Source: Tubulanus polymorphus
Taxonomy: Eukaryota; Animalia; Nemertea
Assembly: GCF_964204645.1 (NCBI RefSeq)
Contig: NC_134036.1
Span: 6,044,600-6,108,599, forward strand
DNA length: 64,000 bases
Reading direction: 5' to 3'
A model generated the notes under the pieces. That model was not told the origin of the DNA. It saw only the letters and a list, made by a program, of their open reading frames with translations, and made no database searches. The first letter of the stretch is position 1; the number at the start of each line of letters is the position of its first letter. The position numbers and the translations under genes are program-made. Positions 27,257-39,008 of this stretch are shown here, piece after piece.

Positions 27257-27458
27257 TCGTGCGACCTGGAGGGGGAAGCCCGAAATTGCTGTGGGAGAGC
27301 GCCGCTGTTCTTGTTCGTGACGTATGCACTTCCCATCCTGTCCTGCACGGCGATATATCGTGCGACCTGGAGGGGGAAGCCCGAAATTGCTGTGGGAGAG
27401 CGCCGCTGTTCTTGTTCGTGACGTATGCACTTCCCCTCCTGTCCTGCACGGCGATATA
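27257..27458. repeat. Two tandem copies of a 101-bp GC-rich unit
   Basis: TCGTGCGACCTGGAGGGGGAAGCCCGAAATTGC...CACGGCGATATA twice; lies in sequence absent from duplication copy 2. Confidence 0.85.
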
Positions 27459-28240
27459 GAAATCAGAGACCAAACATAACCAACAACTAAACTCAGGTTG
27501 ATAAAAATGATGCAAGGGTTCTATTGCATGGAATTTAAACAAATGACAACTGACAATATCATATCACCCCTACCCTGCTTGGTGCGCTGCCTCTGCTCTG
27601 GTCGATGCCGCCAATGTTGCTCTCCCTCTCCGTTTTTCCCCGAGAGTACCGTGCATTTATTCTAGAAATTTATCTTATCTTATTCCGGGTTTGAACAGAA
27701 AGCTTTTAATTATTCTATAATTACTAAACAGCAGGAATTGTCCCACGAGCTTGACAGCGTAACAGCAGAAAGTGATACGTAGTTAAATTGTTTAAAATGC
27801 CTATGTCACAACAACTCAGTCACCGATATTCGATTAAAATGAATTTCTTTTTCATTCCAATTCTAATCAATTTCGAGTCTAGAACTGCGTATACTGGGAA
27901 CGTGTTTTTTTCTCCTCGAAAAATCCATCTATATCGAGACCGCTGTTGATTTGACTAACATTCAGATTATGAAACGTGAATCAAACTCGATATCATTGAA
28001 CGAAAATCTCTGAGCCTCTTACAAGCGATTTGAAAATCTAGCGCATACCATATCTTGTATGTTTGTTGAGAAATCTCCCTAAGCGTCGCGAATTAAGGGT
28101 TCGATCCCCTTTTTGTCTCATAGAAATTTATTCAAACAAATTACTGAACAAATTATCTGAACAGTCCACAAACATCGATATCGAATTTTAAAACTCGAAA
28201 TTCGGACAGAATTAACGACGGATTAAAAATTTCGCAATGA

Positions 28241-28350
<110 letters not shown>

Positions 28351-30413
28351 GATTGACATACTTACGCCTGGTGATAGGAAAAAAAAAAAACAATAACAAT
28401 ATTCGTTTGAAAATAAAGATTTCTCGTCGACAAAATCTGGAGATTCCACTGGGCCTAGCTGCACAGTCGTGAGTTAAGGCCGAAAGTGGTCTTACGTCTT
28501 TAACACGGAACGAGTTTATACTGGACTTTAGTTGTTAGATTGGGCATAGAATCAAGTTGGACTGAGACTGGTCTTAGATCTAAGGCATGGCTCCTGCAAC
28601 AGACCCCTCGATTCAAACTGCATCGCAGACTAAGATAGATTATAGCCGAACAAATGCGTTCGTATTCGCAATATCTTGCTTATATCAGCATTTCTAGAAT
28701 TCTAGAATTTCTAGAGAGCGGGAGAGAGAGATACCGAATAGATATTACAGCGAGGCGTATATAAGTTAAACGCCTCGAGGCAGTTACTGTAAAAAGGGTC
28801 TAAACTTTCTGTGCACGACAGCGGATTTCAGCATGTATCATGTGTCCGTCTAGATCAAAGATATATTCACACTGATTTCGTGCGCCGCTAGAAAACCAGC
28901 GAATAACTAATTTATAAATCACAATTACACAAACCTTAAGTCTTACGATATAGGAAAAACCTTGAAAAAAAACCGAAATTAGTAGATTACAAAGTTTAAG
29001 GAATGTGCAACGATTTTCATGTTTGCCGCGAATGTGGAAAAATCGATTGGATTCATCGATGTATTTTGAGGAGCGATAAAGTTTTATTTCTATCAGGGAA
29101 AACTTTTGAGACGATAGTGTCAGTATTCGGTTGATTAGTGATTAAATTCATTAGATTTGAAGATTTTAGACTATCTCATTGCGTGCGATTCATATTCTTT
29201 CTCGTTTAAGGGAAGCAACCTTACGCGCCCTGGAATTAAAACGTTTTTGCAAAATTATTTGATAATGGATATGGTTGTATGCAAGTAATATGTAGATGTT
29301 CATTTTACTTATTTCTAGCTTTATGGCGACAGCGAAGCGCGTTTTCCGCTGCCCGCTATTTATTGAGGAAGACGGTTCCGATAAAATATCTGAAATTCAT
29401 CCCGGTATTATGAGTAGAACCCGCTGAGTGTCGTAATAAGTTGGTCAAAGCATTCTTCCAAACTAGGACCTAAAACAACGCGATGCAATGTAAAAAAGCG
29501 AAAAACAACGCAATGTTAAATGTAACAAAATATCAGAAATATTTCTGGTAGGAACTTCCAACCTAGCACTTTGATAGTTTTTCATTGCAATATGTATAAT
29601 CGATACTATTGTTTAATTGGGATCCATAGAATCTACATAATCTATTTCTGATTCGGAATAGCCGTCATTCGTGAAAATATGCTAGAATAAACTAAAAAAG
29701 ATACAAATGTGGAATATGCACGGTGTCTGATATTGATTTTCGTTGTAATGCAATAAAATCATACTTACGTTGAACATTTGACGCGGTAAGAATTGTAGGC
29801 TTAGAGCGCTGCGATTCATACAGCGAGTGTATGACACGTGGATTGTGTTTACACAGAGGACAGCGTGCGCGCGGTAGCAGAATATGGCGAAAAGTTTCTT
29901 TTGAAAATATTTCGTCCAAGTAATGATTTAAATTTGGTGGCTGATTCGGGCCACGCCGACATTTTTCGAGCACGAAAAATCTCAAAACAAAATTGATAGC
30001 GAGAAAACGAATATTAACGCGAGAAGACAAATATTAGCGCAAGAAAACAAATATTTAGCGCGAGAAAACAAAATAATATGTTTTCTCGCGCTAAATATTT
30101 GTTGGGGACCCCTGGAAATGACCGTGAGTGCGTTGCAAGCCGCGGACGAAACGGCGTATCCTATTGATCTGACATTTTTTAACTTCGAATCATAAACAGT
30201 AAACAAGCCAATCATTGATACATTTACTAGCAGCTTTATTGGATCTAATTATGACACGGAGTTTGAATTATAAATTCAATTCGAGCTATTTCTCAACGTG
30301 CAAAACCTTTTCAGTCAGTAGGTAACCTGCCGACTGTGGTTATTTTCATAATGGGATATTACCCGAACAACCGCAAATTCATATCCCATTATAGGTCCTT
30401 ATCGCCATAACGA

Positions 30414-31319
30414 TTAGCTACAAAATCCGGCTCTGCATTTTTTGTCGCAACAGTCAGAGCTATAGTAACAACTATCTGCTTTTTTCATGCAACGTCGAGT
30501 CCCTGAAAGTAAGAAATTGAAAATGGAATTTTGAAGTGAAACAAGCTTTTCTTACTTAAGTCAATGTATAATTCCGAACCCAGAGCATATATAGAACCGG
30601 TAATGATCCCGACGATTGGGATCTTAGAAGCCACTCATTGTTGTCGATCATTTAGACGAACGAATGTATTTAAGAGTTGCATGTTCATAAGATCAATATT
30701 TCAGGTCAATTGAATGGACTACCCGCAAAACCAGCTATCCCGCCGCGATGAGCAGTAGATCGTTCGTAGTCAAAATTAGTTTATTTTCAATTAACTTTGA
30801 AATGGATTGTAAGACTCCTGAATCCATGTATTATCACAGCACTCGCCAAATATAAAAAACTTTCATTCTTATTATGAGATTTGGAGATTTTCTTCATAAA
30901 TAATTGATTCATCTAAGTGAAGAGTTCATTCAGATTTAATTGATTTGAAGATGAAAATTGAACGCGACAAACAATCTACTAGCAAACCTAATGGATCCTC
31001 GCCTGCCATATGCGGAATCCTCGATTACCACATTAGCACACTGCGGCTACCCCATTGATTCTAATCAGTATATGAGCATGTAATATTATCTATGAGATGT
31101 AATTCGTTGAATTAATTCGTTCGATAATCATCTACTTAATCGATAAATAACTACTAAATGTGAACTGATAATTACAAATTCTAATTAATGCGTATTATTC
31201 GTGGAATCGCACGAAATCGTGTATTGTATTCCCGGTTACTTAAGTGCGTCTACAATGGCCACGGCACTGACGACAATCACAGCAACAGCACACATTCGAG
31301 TCATTAAATGAGCCAGCAT
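30414..31319 (-). pseudogene. Knottin B1: secreted ICK-type peptide gene with a broken splice donor
   Basis: Signal exon 31319-31244 MLAHLMTRMCAVAVIVVSAVAIVDA. Exon 30502-30414 after TTTCAG gives RTRR-CMKKADSCYYSSDCCDKKCRAGFCS*. The donor reads TTAAGT (position 31243) where copy 2 has GTAAGT. Confidence 0.8.
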
Positions 31320-32236
31320 TTTCGCGCCTAGAATTTTACTAAAATATTTGAAGCCATGGAAATTACAATATCCGTGATAAGACGATGAGCAAAAATCCCA
31401 CAATGAATCAAAAAAGTTTATTTCAAAATTATAAATTTTCCGGGTGATTGCCACCACCCATCTTCAGTCTAAAAAAATAATTTAAAAATTACCACCCGAA
31501 ATATTTCTAATTTCAAATAAGCTTTCTAGATTCATTCATATATTGTGGGATTTTAACTCATGAATGATATCTATTAGCAATCACAAATTCTGATGATGCA
31601 AAAGCTTTCAACTGGCTCTCAGTTAATGAACATTTTGTCAGGTAATGTACCAGGTTTAGAAATATGCAGCTCTCTGCATATAACGGGTTTTCTGTATTTC
31701 TGGTTTGAATGCTGTTCCATAAGTTCATTCTTTTTTAATCTATTGTATCGTATCGTCCTTGCAATCAAAAGGAAAGTACGTGGAAGCCCAAATTTTTAGG
31801 GTGCATATATAAATGAAGGTTCCAGCGAGAAACATCAAACTAAAAGGTAAAGAAAAAATCGCGCTGATATCCGTAACCGTTTGTTTACATAGAATAATGG
31901 CGGCTCGTTGTCGAAAATTCAAATGAAAAGCGTAATTGAAATGATAAAGAGCTGAATTTCTGATAAGGCATCGCATTGACTGGAAGGAGAACGGTGTTTT
32001 CACTCTCCGCATCCTCGTTTAGACCCGATCTTAACCCAAATACCATCCGAGCGAAATTGACAAAATCAGGACTCGCCATAGTTTAGACAAGCGTCGCTAG
32101 AATCTATTCTTTTTATGAAATTGACGAAATAATTAATCTGCGTTTTTATGTATTTTGTTTAATTCTATTTCTTATTATAACATTTGATCGTGAAAAATAT
32201 AGATTTGAATTACCGTTATTTTATCGACGGACCTAC

Positions 32237-32345
32237 CTCAGTCGCTTGTTCTGACGTATTCAACTTTTCGAATCGAAAATGTCTCGTTTTCCCGAGCTAG
32301 CACAGTCGACGAATGAATAAAACACATCGCGCGTAAAATAGTATA
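32237..32345 (-). promoter_or_regulatory. Putative core promoter and 5'UTR exon of knottin B
   Basis: TATA-like at ~32345-32341, Inr-like TCATTC at 32316-32311, donor GAG|GTAGG at 32237/32236. Homologous block at 34358-34474 for knottin C. Confidence 0.5.
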
Positions 32346-32758
32346 CGTGTTGAAATAGAAATCGAAATTATACAGATATACTACACACAGCTCGATATAG
32401 ATTGAAACTCGCGTCGATTGGTTTGTTCAATCGATACGCACCCGGCTCTTCAAAATCGATCCACGCGCATCACCATCTCACTTCACAATGATCCATGGGT
32501 ATAATGTTTCGAACTTACGGGATATCATTATGTATATTTAAATCAGCTGTCGCCTTTCATAATTTATGAATATCAATTTTTCATATGCTGTTTGAGTATT
32601 TTCGCTCGTGTGCGGTGAATACCTACAAAGAACGCATCATTCTGACTAGAAACAGGTCTTAAATTGCGATTGAAAGTGACTATTGAATCCGATCGATATT
32701 TTTGATTGGAGGTTTCCTACGCGTGTTTTGTCGACCACTATGTGCGGTCCCGACTACC

Positions 32759-33063
32759 GTCCTCCCCAGGTAGGGATTCGAACCTGATGGCGTCGCTACA
32801 CTCGGCCACGGCACGAACCCCTGCCACAATAGACCGAATGCGGCACCGATCAGATTGTTCGTTGTATAATCACTAAAGCAAAGTTCACGGAAGAACTATC
32901 GATCGGAAAACCCGGACTAAATTGAATAAAACGGGTTTTCTAATTGGCTAATATTGTAATCATCTAAGCTGCGTGTGCATCTGTACACTCGGTCTAGTCT
33001 GGCAGGGTTTCGTACCGCGGCAATCTCGATGCCATCATGTTCGAATCCCTGCTGGGGGAGGAT
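32759..33063. mobile_element. ~300-bp element with tRNA-like inverted terminal arms
   Basis: CCTCCCCAGGTAGGGATTCGAACCTGATGG..CCCTGCCACAATAGACCG versus CGGTCTAGTCTGGCAGGG..CCATCATGTTCGAATCCCTGCTGGGGGAGG; B-box-like GTTCGAATCC in each arm. Confidence 0.55.
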
Positions 33064-33448
33064 GCTGACTGCCGAGTAACTATCGTAGACCTCAGTAATG
33101 ACATCATGTGCAAATGCATCGTGTACAGTGGTCACGCTATTGTGTCATATTGACCGTCATCTGGTCATAGATGACTAATTTCGCCCGAGTGTACTGGTCT
33201 GCAAAGTCTTGGTGAAATGATTCTGCCTGAATGAGATCCGTCTTGTTAACTTCTCCGGTGTATATAATTGAAAGAACTGCTAAAACTAAATCGTTTGCTT
33301 TTATTTGATTAACTGATTTGCATATATTTGCATATATTATATATTCATCATAGTCAGTCAGTAACCTGACTGTGATTTAGTTTTACAATCGCATATTTCC
33401 CAAAACCACCGCGAGTAATCCGATTGTAAACCCAATTTTCACCAACGA

Positions 33449-34163
33449 TTAGCAACACCTTGCCTGGTTACATTTGCCGCTGCAACACTCAGCATCGTGG
33501 GCGCAAAGTCCCAAGTTTGTGCAACCTATATTTTATAATAGAAACAATAAATTCAAATAGAATTTTGATGTGAAACAGAGCTCTTACTTAAAAGCGAAGA
33601 AATAATTGACTCGCTATCGTTCGAGTCTATACGTTCATTCGTTAAACAAATACTCAATGTTAACTGATGAATGCAAATTTGTGTATTTTATGCAAGACAT
33701 CCAATGACATTCGTATCATTTGTCGAGTCGTTACTCACCCGCAGCGATAGATCTAAATCTAGAAGTACATAGAATATAAACAGGTGGTTTGCAGGCCCGT
33801 GTCGAGCTTTTCTGAGGGGCACGTCTATTTCAAGAAAAACGTTTTTCCCTGCAAAGTGCCACTTAACAGTTAAAAAGGACAAAAAACGCTTTTCATCTTC
33901 CAAAAAAAAACACTTGAAAATTGTATCAAAAATTTGCAAAATCTTGACCCAAATTGTTTTTACACTGACTTTGAAGGGCACTTTGAAAATTAGGGGGCTC
34001 GTTCGCTTCCCCCGGACCCTAAACCAAATTAAGTAAATGAAAGAAGTGACAGGAAGGATAAGCCTACACTGTTCCTACTGATCCCTTACTTAATTTCCAC
34101 CCATTCTTAAAAAACCCAAAAAACATCCTCCCAACGACTCGCATAATTAGTAGACATTTGCAT
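33449..34163 (-). pseudogene. Knottin C1: ICK-type peptide exon with a disrupted signal exon
   Basis: Exon 33525-33449 after TATAG gives (G)CTNLGLCAHDAECCSGKCNQARCC*; upstream donor GTGAGT at 33738. The signal exon appears split (MQMSTNYASR at 34163-34134; LFIFYVLL../SIAA at 33783-33739) by ~350 bp and frameshifted. Confidence 0.6.
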
Positions 34164-34357
34164 CTCATTAGTTGAGACTAACGTTTGCCGAAAATCTAAC
34201 TTAATATAACGAGAAAGATGAAATTTTACTTCTGTCGTCTTTCTGATGTGATATATGCTGCATGTTAAAGTGTATATCGCTTTATCGATGGACAATCAAC
34301 GGCCGATTACGAATGATGTGGATTTGAGTATTTCTTGAGCATAAGAGCTTTTCTTGC

Positions 34358-34474
34358 CTTAGTCGCTTCGTTCAACGTAGCTTTTTCAACGTTCGAATAG
34401 AGAATATCTCGTTTTCTCGAGTCAGGATCCGTCGACGAATGAATATAACACGTAGGATGAAGCGATCATTTATA
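34358..34474 (-). promoter_or_regulatory. Putative core promoter and 5'UTR exon of knottin C
   Basis: TATAAA at 34474-34469, TCATTC at 34442-34437. Donor is GCAAG here and GTAAG in copy 2 (52971). Confidence 0.5.
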
Positions 34475-34699
34475 CGTTCTTAAGACATATTCAAAAAAAT
34501 TCCAACATTTGCACAGCTTTATATTAGTTACCCCACTAATGTTTGATGATTCTGGCAAGCTGAATCGATGCGAAACCGAAAACTTTCAAAATCGATCCTC
34601 GCTCATCACTATTTACTCACACAAACCATGCGCATATTTATTTTTGTCATTTGGTCTCGCGGGAAATAATACTTTTCATATATTAACCTGTCATATGTA

Positions 34700-34885
34700 G
34701 CCAGCATCACCATCATCGCCTTCATTGTCACCACCACCTTCTCCAGCATCACCATCATCACCTTCTCCAGCATCACCATCATCGCCTTCATTGTCACCAC
34801 CACCTTCTCCAGCATCACCATCATCACCTTCTCCAGCATCACCACCGCAATCATCACATCCACTTCCCCAGCATCACCATCATCA
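34700..34885. repeat. CAT/CAC-rich minisatellite (CCAGCATCACCATCATC units)
   Basis: Direct; copy 2 has one extra 66-bp unit. Confidence 0.85.
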
Positions 34886-35866
34886 CAAATCAATTGACTA
34901 TCAATTCAAACTACGTCATCATCGTCGTCATAACATCCACCATCACACACTCATTATCATAATCACTCTCTCCGCCATCTCCACCATCCCAACCTCCACC
35001 TATTGAGCGAGTCATCTAGTCACCCAATCATCCGGTTAATCAGTCGGCTACGAATATACTTTTTAATCGGATTCTACGCCTGGGTCGAAGAAAACCACTC
35101 ACAGAAGTGATCTTAATGGATGGTGCAGCAAAGCGCGTGAAATTCACAAATTCTCACAAATCTAGCGACGTTTTTCTTTCTTGAGCAGACCATACGCACC
35201 TTTCGAAACTAGTTCATTAATGTAAATTTCACTCTCATTCCTAACTAATATCTTTGCCCCCGCCTCAAATCGAATGTACTTACACCATTAATTTATAAAA
35301 TTCAGCAAAAAACATATGTTTTTAGAGTGTAAGGGTGTCGTACAAGTTCGATTATTAAACCGCGAGCTTCAATTATGTATATTATATCAACAAGCAGCTG
35401 ACTTATTCCTATTCATTTTGTCTAACCAATAAAGCGCTTGATGTATAACCACCTGCTGCAATAACGTTTCGAGTTCCTGAAATTTGCGCCCGAAAAATAA
35501 TCATCGTGAATAGAAAAGCAAACACTCTACTACACGTTGTTCTAAACGTCCCGTTCCTATAGGCGTTCTAACGAATACTTTACAACTAACAGCGGCAGTT
35601 GTGGGCAGGACGTACGAATCCAGTATAGGTAAAGTAAGTATGAATGCAATAGAATAGAAAGGATGCGATACGTTTAACATACATCAATACCTAGATTATG
35701 AATCTATACAAAACGAGGTTTCACAGTCGAATCGGTTAATATAATATGCGACAGGGGCCAGTTGCTCAAAGGTTGGTTGAAGCTTTCGAGTTGATAGCTG
35801 ACATAGAGACAATCAAAAGTTCATTATTGTTATGAGAATATTCATAGCCGTGTTAACCAGGTTTAA

Positions 35867-36050
35867 AATAAGTAACGAGACGAGTAGTACTGTATAGGTT
35901 AACTATTTATTTGACGCACGAGCTTTCGCTTCTAATGAATAGAAGCTTCATCACTCATTCACCTGATGAAACTTCTATTCATTAGAAGCGAAAGCTCGTG
36001 CGTCAGGTAAATAGTTAACCTATACAGTACTACTCGTCTCGTTACTTATT
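35867..36050. repeat. 184-bp palindrome containing a Penelope-type minimal hammerhead-like motif
   Basis: ~87-bp arms. The right arm reads CAC-CTGATGA-A-ACTTCTA-TTCAT-TAGAAGC-GAAAGCTC-GTG. Confidence 0.7.
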
Positions 36051-36204
36051 ATTATTGTGGTATTCTATCCGGCGATTATCTTCGAACATATTTTTAACGT
36101 GTAGCCCCTGGATTGTTTCATACAAGATGAATTATTTCGTTCATATTCAAGTTCAGTTGATGGGTAATATCGATGTTCTCCGTTTCTAGTTCAATTTCTA
36201 GGCG

Positions 36205-36887
36205 ATGAAAATGCTTGCTTATCTATTAACTCGCGTATATGCGATCGTCGCGATTGTGGTCAGTGTTGCGTCATTTGCGGAGGCATGGGGTGAGTGGTCA
36301 CGTCTGAGAATTGATTACAGAAATTTCCATCGGATTCATCGGAGGAAAGAACCTAAAAAACTCTGTTAGACATTTCAAAACCCATCGAAATTTAGCGAAA
36401 AGTGTCCAAATATTTAATGCAGACATTTTTGCACGGCATTTTACTGAGTAATTTTTCATAGAAATATATCACGATCAAGTGATTAGACTTACGTATTCCA
36501 AATTATAAAAAATAACCTTTCAGATAACCTCTCATTTGTTCCCGAATATTTTCTAAAAAAGGCATTTACTTTTGGGCTATGGTAAAATAAAAAGCCGGCT
36601 CTGATTAATGCGAATTTAGTCGAGGGATTGAAATGGGATAAATGCTTTGCGTGCGGGCGTCTATCAACCCTCAATGCTAACATATCGCTCACTCGTCTAA
36701 ATGGATCTACCTGAACCCGGGCTTAATAATAGAATTTTGTTAAACACTGTTGTTTTTGAATGTAAATTTCGTTTCTTTTGGTCATATTTTAGCTTGCGGC
36801 TCCATAGGCCAATCGTGTAAGGCTTCCATCGAATGCTGCGACCCGAACCCTTGTCAAAACTCGGTGTGTACACCGTACGCGGGCTAA
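36205..36887 (+). CDS. Knottin A1: secreted inhibitor-cystine-knot-type peptide precursor (59 aa)
   Basis: Exon 36205-36289 (MKMLAYLLTRVYAIVAIVVSVASFAEAW, G|GTGAGT) plus exon 36793-36887 (TTTTAG|). Predicted mature peptide WACGSIGQSCKASIECCDPNPCQNSVCTPYAG*. AATAAA at 37044. Confidence 0.88.
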
Positions 36888-39008
36888 TCGTAGATGGTAA
36901 GCTGTTGTAATCGGATCGTGGTGTTTGTCGAAATATCCGATTATGAAACTGAACCGCAGTCACGATACCGACTGACTGTGAAAAAGCTCGAATTGAATCT
37001 ATATTTTAACTGCGTAGTGAGATCTGGTCTTATAATCAAATCCAATAAAATGAAAGTAAATAAATCAATATGAGAGTCGTATCAATAATGCGCCGTTTCA
37101 TCATCAGTCATCGATATCGTAGATCCACGTTTTTACTTAAACTCGAAAAGCACGACGTAATAGTCCGATGCAGCTATATGGTCCAAACACATTGCACACG
37201 TGACGATGTTCGGTGTCGTATATATGTCGGTGCTCTGTATATTTGGGAATACATAAAAAGGTCTTCAAAAACAGACGAGTGTAAACCAGTAGAGTGTGTT
37301 CCACCGTGTCAGTAAATGCCCCCTTTTCCCCCGAAACTTCCGCACTAAATTCTTAAAACCATTTTTCAGAACTAGGTCAAGTGCGCTCAAACTTACCCAA
37401 CTAATGAAAACTAAAGGGAAACAACTTTCTCAATTCATCAAAACTGCTTCCAAATACGTTTAAGCCATCTTTGTATATGTCGTTGTATAATTGATTCTGT
37501 ATGTATTTTCTATGTGTGTGTGTTAAGTGCGTCTGTGTATGTTAATCATTTGTTAATGTTCTGTTTATACGTGAAGCGCATTATTCATTGTTTTTTTCTT
37601 CATTTCGATTTTGTTTTTTCGCTCTAAGCAATTGTATTTTTGTCGAGCAATAAAACATATTCTATTCACCCATAATATAAAATTAAAAAAAAAAAAACAA
37701 TTTTGTTCTGGCGTGTCGGGAGGATTACGTACTTCCACCCATTTTCAGCGATTTATTGGAAAATGAGATACGAAAAAAATATGGTTATAATCGTTTTTTT
37801 TTTAAATTTATATCGTTAGTGAACCAACTATAATCCAGACCTAAAATACTTTCAACTATCTACGAGTGTAAACCAATTTGGATCATCTTAGATTGTATGG
37901 TCTGATCAGTGAGGTCTGATATGTGTGGATATGGCTTTTTGATGCGTTATCTCAACACTTAATCAGCGCCTTTTAATGGCTGTTACAGCCATTAAAAGGC
38001 GCGAGATACAGTCACGTGAAATGAATAAATTCAACAACAAATATCATTAAATAAAACATTCGAATTTTTTTATAACAACGTTTTGCATAAAACTACAATA
38101 TACAAACTATCTATAATGTATACACAACGGCGGGGGTTCGGGTTCCTGCTGAGCCAGGTTGGGCGTGTCTACTGAGCTAGAGTTTCGCGTAGGATAAATA
38201 TTTACGATACAGTATTAGCTTAATCTGTAAATTCAGGAGTATACCACTGACCAGGGCCTATACTTTGAGGACAAAATAATCACTAAGATGCATCATTCAC
38301 AGTCCATCGAAGTGTATCGTATACACACTTTTATCTCACTTCGTATTCTGTATTACAACGATAATGATGATTAATACATTTCCTAACGAAAAGTGAACGT
38401 TGCATGTTTCGATACTGCGGCATAGGAACAACAATTACCACGAATTTTTCATTAGTAATAAAGAATTAGTCATCTTGCCGGATAGACACATAACAGCTGG
38501 ACAATTTATTTCGGTTGGCATCGTGGGTTGTGGATGTGGGTGCCTGACCTGAATGACAACGATTGAATGTCGTGTCTACAGGAGTGACGGCTATCCGACC
38601 TGATAAGTTTTACTTCACGCAATTATCATTGACATATTAATTAATGATATTTCAAACAATAGATCGACTCGAGATTATTGAACGTGAATAAAACGGTGAA
38701 AGTCGAACAGAATACTTATCGCAGTGATATTTAGTGCTGAGCCTATTACTATAAAACTGAGCGAATTTGGACAAATGACAATATTTTCACACAAATCATA
38801 TCGCGAGGGGAGGGTATTTTGACAATGGTAACCCAATATTGCATAATTCATTAAAAAAAACGATAGGCTAGCTGTAATGCCTCTTAGGGCTCTTGTTTAT
38901 GCCCTAAAATCAATTATCCCCATCAGAAAATGCTTTCAGAAATCAGAAAACAACGTTTTGACTGGCAATATATTCTAATTACCTTGCGCTGGGTAGAACT
39001 GGATGAAT

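Noticed and set aside
27257-27458. CRISPR-like array or LTR pair
   Set aside because: Only two adjacent copies with no spacer, in a eukaryotic context.
32759-33063. tRNA gene suggested by GTTCGAATCC motifs
   Set aside because: No complete cloverleaf could be built; the motifs sit in inverted arms of a dispersed repeat.
34609-35006. Ser/Pro/His-rich and Met/Val-rich ORFs (also 53223-53686)
   Set aside because: Translations of a minisatellite; open on both strands because of low complexity.
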